Assembly: GCF_000008565.1 (NCBI RefSeq)
Contig: NC_001263.1
Location: forward strand, 645,776-677,775
DNA length: 32,000 bases
DNA from: Deinococcus radiodurans R1 = ATCC 13939 = DSM 20539
GTDB lineage: Bacteria; Deinococcota; Deinococci; Deinococcales; Deinococcaceae
Direction: 5' to 3'
Positions 12,818-23,779 of the stretch are shown here, one piece after another; within the stretch, counting starts at the first letter, position 1; every line of letters begins with the position of its first letter. A model generated the notes under the pieces. That model was not told the origin of the DNA, searched no databases, and saw only the letters and a list, made by a program, of their open reading frames with translations. The position numbers and the translations under genes were made by a program.

Positions 12818-14107
12818 ATGTCGGACTCCGTTCTCCGGGCGCTTACGGCGGCGCTGGAAGCCGACCCCGCTGACACCGGGGTGCGCGAACATCTGGTGCG
12901 TCTGCTGCTCGACGCCGGTCAGGGCGAGCAGGCGCTGGCGCTCGTGCGGGTCTGGCTGGCGGCGGACCCCACCCGGCAAGTTGCCCTGGGCCTCGCGGTG
13001 CGGGCGGCGGACCTCGCGGGCGACTCGCAGGCGGCGGCCTCGTACCAGACGATGCTCAACGCGCTCTACCAGCTCGAACAGGGCCAGTCGGCGCCCGCAC
13101 CGGCGCGGCAGCCCGTGCCCACCGTCAGCGAAAACGGCCCCCCACCACGCAACGACGCTCCCGAATACTGGGTGGACCCGGACGAGGCGCCCGCCCAACA
13201 GCAGCCGTATCCCACCGGCACCGACTTTTCCTCGCGCTGGCAGCCCCTCGCGGGCGACGTGTCGCTGAAAGACGTGGTGGGCATGACCGACCTCAAAGAG
13301 CGGCTGGAACGCTCGCTGCTCGGCCCGCTGCGTCACCCCGAACTCGCCCAGCTGTACGGCAAGAAGTCGGGCGGCGGCATGCTGCTCTACGGCCCGCCGG
13401 GGTGCGGCAAAACCTTTCTGGCGCGGGCGGTGGCAGGCGAACTCGGGGCCAGCTTTCTGGAAGTCACGGTGGCCGACGTGCTCGACATGTGGCTGGGCAA
13501 CGCCGAGCGCAACGTGCGCGACCTGTTCGCCTCGGCGCGGGCACACGCTCCCTGCGTGGTGTTTTTCGACGAGGTGGACGCGCTGGGGCGCGGGCGGCAG
13601 CTCACCCGGCATTCCTCACACTCGGTCACGCAGACCTTGCTGCGCGAACTCGACGGTCTGGGCGGGCGCGAAGGCGTGTTCGTGCTGGCGGCGACCAACG
13701 CCCCCTGGGACGTGGACACCGCGCTCAAGCGCCCCGGACGGCTGGGGGCCACGCTGCTGGTGCCGCCACCCGACCTCGCCGCCCGCGAGGCGATGTTCAC
13801 CGAGTTCATGCGTGGGCGCCCTGCCGAACGGCTCGACCCCGCGTGGCTCGCGCGGCAGACCGACAACTTCAGCGGCGCCGACATCCGGCAACTGTGCGAG
13901 GAGGCCTCCGAGCGCGCGCTGGCGGTGGCCCTCAAGCGCGGCGGGATGCAGCCGGTGCGGATGCAGGACTTCAAAGACGCCCTGAAAACGGCGGCCCCCT
14001 CCACCCGCGAGTGGCTGATGCAGGCGAGAAACCACGTGGTGTACGCCAACGAGGGCGGCAGTTACGACGAACTCGCCGCGCTGCTCAAGGAAAAGAGGTT
14101 GCTGTGA
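12818..14107 (+). CDS. AAA+ ATPase (classical clade) with N-terminal TPR-like helical region and proline-rich linker
   Basis: ATG at 12818 lies in frame within track ORF 11906..14107. Walker A GPPGCGKT, Walker [11 protein letters not shown], and an SRH-like [18 protein letters not shown]. Confidence 0.85.
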   Translation: MSDSVLRALTAALEADPADTGVREHLVRLLLDAGQGEQALALVRVWLAADPTRQVALGLAVRAADLAGDSQAAASYQTMLNALYQLEQGQSAPAPARQPVPTVSENGPPPRNDAPEYWVDPDEAPAQQQPYPTGTDFSSRWQPLAGDVSLKDVVGMTDLKERLERSLLGPLRHPELAQLYGKKSGGGMLLYGPPGCGKTFLARAVAGELGASFLEVTVADVLDMWLGNAERNVRDLFASARAHAPCVVFFDEVDALGRGRQLTRHSSHSVTQTLLRELDGLGGREGVFVLAATNAPWDVDTALKRPGRLGATLLVPPPDLAAREAMFTEFMRGRPAERLDPAWLARQTDNFSGADIRQLCEEASERALAVALKRGGMQPVRMQDFKDALKTAAPSTREWLMQARNHVVYANEGGSYDELAALLKEKRLL

Positions 14108-14865
14108 CGGGGGAAGTGCCGGGCGCCGCCGCGCAGGTTTTTGCCCGCGCCGAGGCCCTGCGTGACCTGGGCCGCCCCGCCGAGGCGCTCGGGCTGGTGC
14201 GCCAGGGGCTCGCCAGCGACCCGCACGACGTGACCCTGCTCGTCCTGGCGACCACGCTGTCGCTCGCGCTGGAAGATTACGCTCAGGCCGCCGACTTCGC
14301 CACGCAGGCGGCGGCGCAGGCGCCGGGGTGGGCGCTGCCACTGGCGCTGCTGGCTCAGGCCCGGCGGCTGGCAGACGACCCAGCCGGTGGCAAACAAGCG
14401 GCGCAGGCGGCGCTCCACCTCGACCCCGACGAGGCGCTGGCCCACTTCGAGGTGGGCCTGGCGACGGCGCTGGAGGCCGAACAGGCGCCGCTCTGGCACC
14501 GCCGCCGACTGCTGACCGAGGCGCGCGCCGCTGCCAGCCGGGTCGAGGCGCTGTGGCCCGGTCAGGCGGACGGACCGGCGCTGCAGGCCCTGATTGACAT
14601 CGTCGCGGGGCACTGGCCCCAGCACGAGGCCAACATTGCCCGCGCACTGGAACGCGAGCCGGACGACTCTTTTGCCCACAATGTCCGGCTGCTCGGCTTG
14701 CAGGCCCGGCACAGCGGCGAAACGGTGCCGCAGCTCTACGAACGCCTGCGCTCCCGACCCGACGACGTTTTTGCCCGCAGTCAATGCGTACCCACTTTTC
14801 CTTCGCGGGCTGGATGCGGCAGTATTGGGGGCGCTGGTGGTGGATTTTTCCATTGCTGGTGGTGA
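14104..14865 (+). CDS. TPR-like helical repeat protein
   Basis: GTG at 14104 overlaps the AAA+ stop (GTGA). The sequence is Ala/Leu-rich helical repeats (AEALGLVRQGLASDPHD..., AQAALHLDPDEALAHFEVGLA). The last ~25 codons overlap the next ORF, so the 3' end is uncertain. Confidence 0.55.
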   Translation: MTGEVPGAAAQVFARAEALRDLGRPAEALGLVRQGLASDPHDVTLLVLATTLSLALEDYAQAADFATQAAAQAPGWALPLALLAQARRLADDPAGGKQAAQAALHLDPDEALAHFEVGLATALEAEQAPLWHRRRLLTEARAAASRVEALWPGQADGPALQALIDIVAGHWPQHEANIARALEREPDDSFAHNVRLLGLQARHSGETVPQLYERLRSRPDDVFARSQCVPTFPSRAGCGSIGGAGGGFFHCWW

Positions 14866-15539
14866 CCCGGCTCATCGGCCTGTTTTTGCTGTCGCTGCCG
14901 CTGTATTTCCTGTGGCACCTGCGGCGTGTGCGGCAGTATCCGGAAATCTACGCGGCGGTCTTTTCGCCCGCCGAGCGCCGGCGCACGCGCCAGGCCCACC
15001 TGGTGCTGGCCGGGCCGCTGCTCGCTTTCGGGGTGCTGCTGGTGGCCAATGCCGTGGCGCCGGCTCTGTTCGTGAATAAGGCGGCGGCCTACGGCCCGGT
15101 GGCGCTGCTCAGCGGCGCGGCGGTGCTCGCCCTGACGGTGCCGGCGGCCCTGACCGGACGCGGCGGCTTTTTCGGGCGGTCGCCCGACGACCTGCGGCGC
15201 GCGCCTTTGCCCCCGGCGCGGCGCTGGACCCTGCGGAGCCTCGCGTGGCCGCTATTTCTGGCGGTGCCGAGCCTGCTGCTGCTTATGGGAGACGCGGGGC
15301 TGCTGTGGGTCTTTATCAGCGACCCCAAGGAACGCAGCGACGGCCTGGACAGCGCGGCGCTGATGCTGCTGCTGACGGTCATGATGGTCATGGTACTGGC
15401 GCTCTCGGTTCACCGCGCCCGATACGGCAACGACGTGCCGCCGCGCTTCTCGCTGACCGACGGCCTCGTGGCCGCGCTCGTCGCGACCATGATGCTCGCG
15501 TTCAGCCCGGAGGTTTTCCGGGCGCTGGGACTGTCCTAA
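14784..15539 (+). CDS. Polytopic membrane protein, unknown function
   Basis: 251-aa ORF with about 6 hydrophobic helices. The ATG at 14784 overlaps the upstream ORF by 82 nt. An in-frame GTG at 14862 would give a GTGA overlap instead, so the start is uncertain. Confidence 0.55.
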   Translation: MRTHFSFAGWMRQYWGRWWWIFPLLVVTRLIGLFLLSLPLYFLWHLRRVRQYPEIYAAVFSPAERRRTRQAHLVLAGPLLAFGVLLVANAVAPALFVNKAAAYGPVALLSGAAVLALTVPAALTGRGGFFGRSPDDLRRAPLPPARRWTLRSLAWPLFLAVPSLLLLMGDAGLLWVFISDPKERSDGLDSAALMLLLTVMMVMVLALSVHRARYGNDVPPRFSLTDGLVAALVATMMLAFSPEVFRALGLS

Positions 15540-15580
15540 CCCGCTGCCCGCCCGGACCCGGGGTCTGTCATAACTGGGGT

Positions 15581-15865
15581 ATGCCTGAATCTGCTCTTTC
15601 CTGGCGTGCCCTCGAAACCCGCGTGGGCCTCGACGCCCTGCCCGACTTTCACCGCGCGTTCCTGCACTGGCGCGGCGTGGAGGGTGTAGACGCCATGCCC
15701 CTGCGCCGCGTGCAGCAACGCGTCGAAGCCGAACTCAACCGCATGGTGCAAGGTGACCTCGCGGCCCGTGAGGGCGACGACTGGCGGCTGATTCCCGGCG
15801 CGCTGGAAGGCTTCGAGGCGGCGGCGCCGTATTTGCCGGAGGCGCCGGACAGCCTGCCGCTGTGA
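15581..15865 (+). CDS. Small acidic hypothetical protein
   Basis: ATG at 15581 within track ORF 15245..15865 (MPESALSWRALETRVG...). 94 aa with no recognised motif. Confidence 0.4.
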   Translation: MPESALSWRALETRVGLDALPDFHRAFLHWRGVEGVDAMPLRRVQQRVEAELNRMVQGDLAAREGDDWRLIPGALEGFEAAAPYLPEAPDSLPL

Positions 15866-15893
15866 GGGAAGCCGGGAGGATGAGCGCTGCCCC

Positions 15894-16799
<906 letters not shown>

Positions 16800-16890
16800 A
16801 CAGGCAGACTAAAGGCCAAACCGGGCTATGCCTTACGGCTGCAAGGTTATGCGGGGGCGGGCGTTCCAGGCAGGTGACAGAGCTGAATAT

Positions 16891-18231
16891 TCATACGCTG
16901 GCTCCCGGCACGCTTCCCTGTGCCTCCGCCGCTTTGGCTGCTGCCGCCGCCTTGCGCCCCAGAATCGGCACGGTCAGCCCCTGCACCAGCAGGCTGAAGA
17001 TGACCACCACGTAGGTCAGAAACAGCAGGGTGTCGCGCAACTCGCCGGGCGGCAGGCTGAAGGCGAGGGCGAGCGCCACCGTGCCGCGCAGCCCCGCCCA
17101 GGTCATCAGGCGCCGGGTGTAGGGCGTGAAGGGCTGAAGCTCGGGGCGACGGCGCGCTCGCCACTGGTAGAGCGTGAGCGGCACCCCGACGGCGATACCG
17201 CGCGCCACGATTGCCAGCATTGCCACCACGATGCCCGCGAGCAGCAGGCCGGGCCGGGGACGCAGCACCAGCACTTCCAGCGCGAGCAGCACGAACAGCA
17301 CCGCGTTGAGCACCTGGTCGGTGACTTCCCAGAAGGAGCGAATCTGGAGCGACGCTCGCCGCGCCTCGGCGGAGAGGGTGGGGAACCCACTTGCCGCCCG
17401 GCGCCGCCGCGCGAGTTGTCCGAGCAGCATCAGCGTGACGCCCGCCGCCGCCACAGTCACCGGGGCCGAGACGTGCAGCGCCTCGCCGAGCGCGTACCCG
17501 CCCGTGACCAGCGCCAGCGAGAGCAGCACGGCGGTGTCCTGCGAGCGTGCGGAGGTGGTCAGCCGGGCGGTCAGCCAGCCGAGCGCCGCGCCCAGCGCCA
17601 TGCCGCCGAGCATTTCGCGCAGCAGCAGGCCGCCGAGTTCGCCGAGCCGCACCGCCGAGCCCTGCAACGCCGCCGAGGACAGGACCGTGAAGGCCGCCAC
17701 GCCCACGCCGTCGTTGAACAGGCTCTCGCCGGCAATCAGGGCGCGCAGCCGCTCGGGCACCCGCGCGCGCTCCAGCAGCGGCGTGACCGCCACCGGGTCG
17801 GTCGGCGCCACGATGGCCCCGAACAGCAGCGCCTGCGTCCAGGTCAGCGGCGAGCCGAAGAGCTGCATCACCACGTACAGCCCTGCCCCCAGCAGCAGCA
17901 TCGTCAGCAGCGTGGTCACCACGGCGAGGGCGAGCACCACCCCCCGCTCGCGCAGCAGGGCGCGCACGTCGGTCTGAATGGCGCTGGCGAACAGCAGGAA
18001 ACTCAGCAGCCCCGCAATCACCACCTGGTCGAAGGGCAGCGCGGCGATGTGGCGCGGCAGGTCCTGAGCGCCCTGCACCCCCAGCCGCCCCAGCACGGCG
18101 ACCCCGGCGGCCAGAAACAGCCCCCCCAGCAGCACGCCGATGGTGGGTGGTAGGCGCAGAAAGCGGGCGTTGAGGTAACTCAGCAGCGCCGTCAGGGTAA
18201 ACAGCGCCGCCAGAATGGTGGGAAAGGCCAT
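16891..18231 (-). CDS. Cation:proton antiporter (CPA1/NhaP-type Na+/H+ exchanger)
   Basis: 446-aa polytopic protein with GAIVAPTDPVAV and ESLFNDGVGVAAF motifs typical of Na+/H+ exchangers. Confidence 0.85.
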   Translation of the reverse strand: MAFPTILAALFTLTALLSYLNARFLRLPPTIGVLLGGLFLAAGVAVLGRLGVQGAQDLPRHIAALPFDQVVIAGLLSFLLFASAIQTDVRALLRERGVVLALAVVTTLLTMLLLGAGLYVVMQLFGSPLTWTQALLFGAIVAPTDPVAVTPLLERARVPERLRALIAGESLFNDGVGVAAFTVLSSAALQGSAVRLGELGGLLLREMLGGMALGAALGWLTARLTTSARSQDTAVLLSLALVTGGYALGEALHVSAPVTVAAAGVTLMLLGQLARRRRAASGFPTLSAEARRASLQIRSFWEVTDQVLNAVLFVLLALEVLVLRPRPGLLLAGIVVAMLAIVARGIAVGVPLTLYQWRARRRPELQPFTPYTRRLMTWAGLRGTVALALAFSLPPGELRDTLLFLTYVVVIFSLLVQGLTVPILGRKAAAAAKAAEAQGSVPGASV

Positions 18232-18267
18232 ACGTCAAAGGTAGGCGGTTCGGGCGGGCCGCTGGCC

Positions 18268-18798
18268 TCAGCCGCCCACCGCCCAGAGGGTCAGCGCCCC
18301 TTCCTCGTCGTCCCAGCGGCGGTCGGTGCGGGCAAAACCGATTTTTTCCAGCACCCTCTCGCTGGCGCGGTTGCCCAGTGCCGTTTGCGCCGTCACCGTC
18401 TGCACACGCGGTTGCCCGAGCAGATGCACCGTCAGCGCGTGCACGGCCTCGGTCGCGTAGCCCTGGTTCCAGGCGCTGGGGATGAAGCCGTACCCGATTT
18501 CGAGTTCACCGCCCACGCTCACGCTGCCCTTGCTCCCGAGCAGCCCGACGGCGGTGCGGTCCTCACGGGTCACGGCCACGAAGCTGCCTTCCTTCTCGTC
18601 GCCGATGAGCGCGGCGAGCCACAGCGGGAAAAGCGGCAGCGGGTCGCCCGGCCACTCGGCGGGAAAGTGCACGTCCTGCGGCGCTTCCTCGCCCGGCCAG
18701 GGCAGCGCGAGGGTGAACGAATCGTCCTCGCTGCGGCGCTCCAGCACGGCGCGGGAGAGCGGCAGCAAAACCAGGCGGGCAGTTTCGAGCGTCGGCAT
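18268..18798 (-). CDS. GNAT family N-acetyltransferase (RimJ/RimL-like)
   Basis: 176 aa. LETARLVLLPL N-terminus and IGYGFIPSAWNQGYATEAVHAL acetyl-CoA binding region. Confidence 0.8.
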   Translation of the reverse strand: MPTLETARLVLLPLSRAVLERRSEDDSFTLALPWPGEEAPQDVHFPAEWPGDPLPLFPLWLAALIGDEKEGSFVAVTREDRTAVGLLGSKGSVSVGGELEIGYGFIPSAWNQGYATEAVHALTVHLLGQPRVQTVTAQTALGNRASERVLEKIGFARTDRRWDDEEGALTLWAVGG

Positions 18799-18883
18799 CG
18801 CCCCGTACCTTAACGGGAAAGGCCTGAATGGGAAAAGTGCGGCGCTGGCGTGAGCCGCTGCCGCTTGCTGGACTCGCCCACCC

Positions 18884-19840
18884 TCAGCGCGTCAGGGCTT
18901 CTTCCAGCGCCTCCATAAACGCGTCCTCGTCGTCGAGCCAGGGGTAGTGCCCGGCGTCGAGCACCGTCAGGTCCCCCCCGGCAAGGTCCACCACCCAGTC
19001 GGTCTGCTCGGGGTAACTCGTGCGGTCGTGGACCCCGGCGATGACGAACACCGGGCGGCGGATCTCGCTCATGAACGCCGGGTACTCGAATTCCCACATC
19101 CCCTGGTTGACGAGCGCCTGCTGCATTTCGCCGCCGCCGAGCAGCTGGCTTTCCACATCCAGAAATTCCAGACGCATCCGGCTCGGCGCGTCCACGAATT
19201 GCAGCGCGTTGAGCAGGTCGCGGGCGTTGAGCAGCCCGAACGCCGCCTCCACCCGCGCCGCGCCGATGGGCGGGTGCTGGCCCTCGGGCGTGCGGGCGCG
19301 CAGGCCGGGAGCCGGGTCCTCGAAGGTCTTGCCGGTGATGGCCGCCGCCTCGCGCAGCAGCGTGAGCGCCAGTGCCGGGTAGTGCACCCAGGGACTCACG
19401 ACAATGGCGCGGGCGGTGCGCGCGGGATAACGCCGGGCGTACTCCAGCGCCATCAGGGCGCCGAAGCCGTGGCCGAGCGGCACGATCTGCTCGGCGCCCA
19501 GAAACTCGCGCAGCTCCTCCACATCCGCCACCAGCGTGTCGAGGTCGAGGGTGTCGGCGTGCCCGGCCTGCTGCGCCTGCTCGGTGTCTTCCAGCGCTCC
19601 CGAGCGCCCCGACCCGCGCTGGTCGAGGTAGACCACCCGGCGCCCGAGGTCTTCCAGCCGGTCCCCGAGCAGCTCCCGAAAGGAGTACGCGTTGTACCCC
19701 GGCCCCCCGTGCAGGTAAACGATGGGCGGCACGTCCGGGTCAGCGTCGCCCACCACCTCGAAATACAGGTCGGCCCCGTTCAGGTGCGCCTCGTAGATGC
19801 CGGCGGGCAGGGGTTCGGAAGAAGCGGTCATGGCACGCAT
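18884..19840 (-). CDS. Alpha/beta hydrolase fold protein (prolyl aminopeptidase-like), nucleophile elbow reads GHGFG
   Basis: VYLHGGPGYNAYSF oxyanion motif and YLDQRGSGRS. The elbow PLGHGFGALMALEY has Gly where Ser is expected. Confidence 0.8.
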   Translation of the reverse strand: MRAMTASSEPLPAGIYEAHLNGADLYFEVVGDADPDVPPIVYLHGGPGYNAYSFRELLGDRLEDLGRRVVYLDQRGSGRSGALEDTEQAQQAGHADTLDLDTLVADVEELREFLGAEQIVPLGHGFGALMALEYARRYPARTARAIVVSPWVHYPALALTLLREAAAITGKTFEDPAPGLRARTPEGQHPPIGAARVEAAFGLLNARDLLNALQFVDAPSRMRLEFLDVESQLLGGGEMQQALVNQGMWEFEYPAFMSEIRRPVFVIAGVHDRTSYPEQTDWVVDLAGGDLTVLDAGHYPWLDDEDAFMEALEEALTR

Positions 19841-19893
19841 TGTAGGGGCGGCCCGGCGGCGGGCTGACAGCCGGCTGATTTTCTGTGGGCACC

Positions 19894-21342
19894 ATGAGGC
19901 AGATGAAGAAATTGCTGTTGCCCCTCACCGCCGCCCTCGCCCTGACGGCCTGCAACCAGCCGGCGACCCAGACCCCCACTGCTGAAGCTGAAAACGTCGT
20001 TGCCCCTTTCCTCGACACCAACCACGTGGCCCGCGCGATGGGCGGCACCCTGGAATGGAACAAGATGGAGGGCCTCGCCTACGACGCGGGCAGCCGCACC
20101 CTCTACATCGCCGTGACCGCGTTCTCGGGTGGCATGAGCGATGGCCAGGGCGACATCCAGCTCGCCAAAAACCCCTGTGGCGGCATCATGGCCGCGCAAC
20201 TCGACGAGAAGCTGAACGCCACCCGGCTGACCACCATCCTGGCCGGCAAGCCGAGCGCCGACGGCAAGACCTGCGACGTGGGCGGCCTCAACAGCCCCGA
20301 CAACCTCTTCCTCGACAAGAAGGGCCGGTTGTGGATCGGCGAGGACGGCGACGACACCCGCAACACGCTGTGGGTTTACGACCTGAAGACGAAGGCCCTC
20401 AAGCGCTTCGCCGTCGTGCCCAACGGCGCCGAGGTTACGGGCCTGCGGATCAGCGAGCAGGGCGACCTGTTCATGAACGTGCAGCACCCCGAACCCGACA
20501 ACGCGGCCCCCTACCACCTCGGCACGGTGGGCGTGTTCATCGGCTTCAACGCCAACACCGACGACTTCACCGAGCTGCCCTACGACGGCAGCCCCCTCAA
20601 GACCTTCAAGTTCGCCGCCGGGCAGTACCAAATCCTCGCCCAGAGCGGCGTGAAGGGCGCGGGCGTGATTGCCAACGCCGACGGCACCGCCAGCACCAGC
20701 ACCAACCCCGACGCCAACATGCTGCTGAGCACCGGCAGCGACGCGGCGGTGCTGTACAGCAACTGGGAAAACCGCCCCGGCGGGGTCAGCCGTCTGGACC
20801 TCAAGCGCGTGGGCGGCGTGTGGACCGCGCAGGGCGACCCCAGCATGGTGGATTTTGCGGGCGTCAACGGCACCTGGAACAACTGCAACGGCAGCGTGAC
20901 ACGCTGGGGCACCGCGCTCACCAGCGAGGAATACCCCACCGAGGACGATGCGGGCTGGGCCAAGGCCGAACCTGCCATGACCAAGCACCTCGGCAAGAAG
21001 GCGAACCGCTACGACTACGGCTACATCACCGAAATCACCCCCAGGGCGGGCGGCCAGAGCGTCGCCAAGCACTACGCGATGGGCCGCAACAGCTACGAGA
21101 TGGCGCTCGTCCTCCCCGACAACAAGACCGTCTACTTCGGCGACGACGGCAACATGCGCGGCATGTACAAGTTCGTGGCCGACAAGGCCGAAGACCTCAG
21201 CGCGGGCACCCTGTACGTCGCCAAGCTGGCGCAGGTGGACGACAGCGCGAGCGTCACCGGCAAGAGCTGGAACGTAAGCTGGATCAAGCTGGGGCACGGC
21301 GTGGACAGCGAAATCGGTCAGGCCATCCGCCGCCTCGACTGA
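19894..21342 (+). CDS. Secreted lipoprotein of the PhoX/DUF839 beta-propeller family
   Basis: MRQMKKLLLPLTAALALTAC lipobox. NNCNGSVTRWGTALTSEEYP resembles the PhoX CAGGxTPWGTxLTCEE motif. Also SPDNLFLDKKGRLWIGEDG and GMYKFV...GTLYVAKL. Confidence 0.7.
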   Translation: MRQMKKLLLPLTAALALTACNQPATQTPTAEAENVVAPFLDTNHVARAMGGTLEWNKMEGLAYDAGSRTLYIAVTAFSGGMSDGQGDIQLAKNPCGGIMAAQLDEKLNATRLTTILAGKPSADGKTCDVGGLNSPDNLFLDKKGRLWIGEDGDDTRNTLWVYDLKTKALKRFAVVPNGAEVTGLRISEQGDLFMNVQHPEPDNAAPYHLGTVGVFIGFNANTDDFTELPYDGSPLKTFKFAAGQYQILAQSGVKGAGVIANADGTASTSTNPDANMLLSTGSDAAVLYSNWENRPGGVSRLDLKRVGGVWTAQGDPSMVDFAGVNGTWNNCNGSVTRWGTALTSEEYPTEDDAGWAKAEPAMTKHLGKKANRYDYGYITEITPRAGGQSVAKHYAMGRNSYEMALVLPDNKTVYFGDDGNMRGMYKFVADKAEDLSAGTLYVAKLAQVDDSASVTGKSWNVSWIKLGHGVDSEIGQAIRRLD

Positions 21343-21357
21343 GCTGCGAGAAGAACC

Positions 21358-21386
21358 GGGGCCGCCTACGGGACAGAGGGCGGCCC
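21358..21386 (+). terminator. Terminator hairpin after the PhoX-like gene
   Basis: GGGCCGCC-N12-GGCGGCCC followed by TTTCTG. Confidence 0.45.
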
Positions 21387-21407
21387 TTTCTGCTGTCAGG
21401 ACGAAAT

Positions 21408-21438
21408 GAAAAAAGCCGGAGGTGTTCGCCCCCGGCTT
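21408..21438 (-). terminator. Intrinsic terminator after the symporter gene
   Basis: The minus strand reads AGCCGG-N12-CCGGCT, followed by TTTTTT. Confidence 0.55.
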
Positions 21439-21455
21439 TCGTCGTTCCTTGCGGC

Positions 21456-22751
<1,296 letters not shown>

Positions 22752-22926
22752 AGTTCCTCCCCTTTCCTTGCTGCGGGTCGCCGCCCGCTCTGAAAGCCCC
22801 GCTCTCAAAAGACTGAAGAACTGTACAAGATGCCCAGGGTTGCGGCGTGTTTTCCACCGTCAACGCGCGGCCAGCCCAAGAGAAACTCAAGAGACAACCC
22901 CCAGCCCCAGCGCGGACAATGCCGCC

Positions 22927-23607
22927 ATGACCCCCGACGCTGCCCGCCTGAGCGCCCGCCCCGACCCCACGCTGCCCCCGCCGGGCGAGTGCGGCCTGCT
23001 GCCGCTGAACCTGGGCAGCTCGCGCGACGGCCTGCTGTACGTGCCAGAAAAGCACCCGCTGGATGGCCCGCGCCCCCTGCTGGTCGCCTGTCACGGCGCG
23101 GGCAGCCAGGCCAGTCACTCTATCCGGCCTTTCGTGGACGCCGCCGAGCGTTATGGGCTGATTCTGCTCGCCTGCGACTCGCGCGGCGGCACCTGGGACG
23201 TGATTCGCGGGGGCTACGGCCCAGACGTGCAGTTTATTGACCGGGCGCTGGAACTGGTGTTCAGCCGCTGCGCCATTGACCCGCAAAAACTCGCCCTCGA
23301 CGGCTTTTCCGACGGGGCGAGCTATGCGCTTTCGTTGGGGTTGAACAACGGCGACCTGTTCTCGCATCTGCTGGGATTCTCGCCAGGCTTTCTTGCTCCC
23401 GCCGGGCAAGTGGGCATGCCGCGCATCTTCGTGTCACACGGCACCGCCGACCGGGTGCTGCCGATTGACCGCTGCGGGCGGGTCATTCGTGACCAGCTCA
23501 CGCGGGCGGGCTACGACCTGCACTACACCGAGTTCGAGGGCGGTCACACCGTTCCGCCTGAGGTGCAGGAGGAGGCGCTGGGGTGGTGGGGGGTGACGGG
23601 GGGGTAG
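22927..23607 (+). CDS. Phospholipase/carboxylesterase-type alpha/beta hydrolase
   Basis: ATG at 22927 within track ORF 22768..23607. HGAG oxyanion region, nucleophile elbow GFSDGA, and C-terminal SHGTADRVLP...GGHTVP. Confidence 0.7.
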   Translation: MTPDAARLSARPDPTLPPPGECGLLPLNLGSSRDGLLYVPEKHPLDGPRPLLVACHGAGSQASHSIRPFVDAAERYGLILLACDSRGGTWDVIRGGYGPDVQFIDRALELVFSRCAIDPQKLALDGFSDGASYALSLGLNNGDLFSHLLGFSPGFLAPAGQVGMPRIFVSHGTADRVLPIDRCGRVIRDQLTRAGYDLHYTEFEGGHTVPPEVQEEALGWWGVTGG

Positions 23608-23639
23608 GGGGAAGCTGGGAGAAAAACATCTGGTCGGGA

Positions 23640-23760
23640 GGCCCCCTCTGCAAGCAGCTCTGCGAGTCCCGCAAGGAGAGAGGGTCAAAACTGCTTTTTT
23701 ATCCCTCTCCCCTCGTGGGAGAGGGCCTTGCGTAGCAAGGGGTGAGGGGGCGTCCACCTG
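23640..23760. repeat. Small non-coding repeat (REP/SNR-like), copy A plus an upstream half-copy
   Basis: CCCTCTCCCCTCGTGGGAGAGGGCCTTGCGTAGCAAGGGGTGAGGGGGCGTCCA (23703-23756) contains two adjacent hairpins. A related CCCTCTGCAAGCAG...CGCAAGGAGAGAGGGTC lies at 23643-23686. Confidence 0.65.
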
Positions 23761-23779
23761 ACGTTTCCTAAGAGCCGCT

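Noticed and set aside
12758-13612. N-terminal 285 codons of the 596-aa track ORF containing Era, plus ORF 13616..14875 (minus) and 13402..14103 (plus)
   Set aside because: Era starts at the ATG at 12757, just before its G1 motif. The upstream part is antisense to the AAA+ gene and has shadow-frame composition. The same holds for the other two.
16828-18238. ORFs 16828..18153 (plus) and 16847..18238 (minus), alternative frames over the antiporter gene
   Set aside because: Frame 16891..18231 (minus) gives a coherent polytopic Na+/H+ exchanger. The others are Arg/Gly/Pro/Gln-rich low-complexity shadows.
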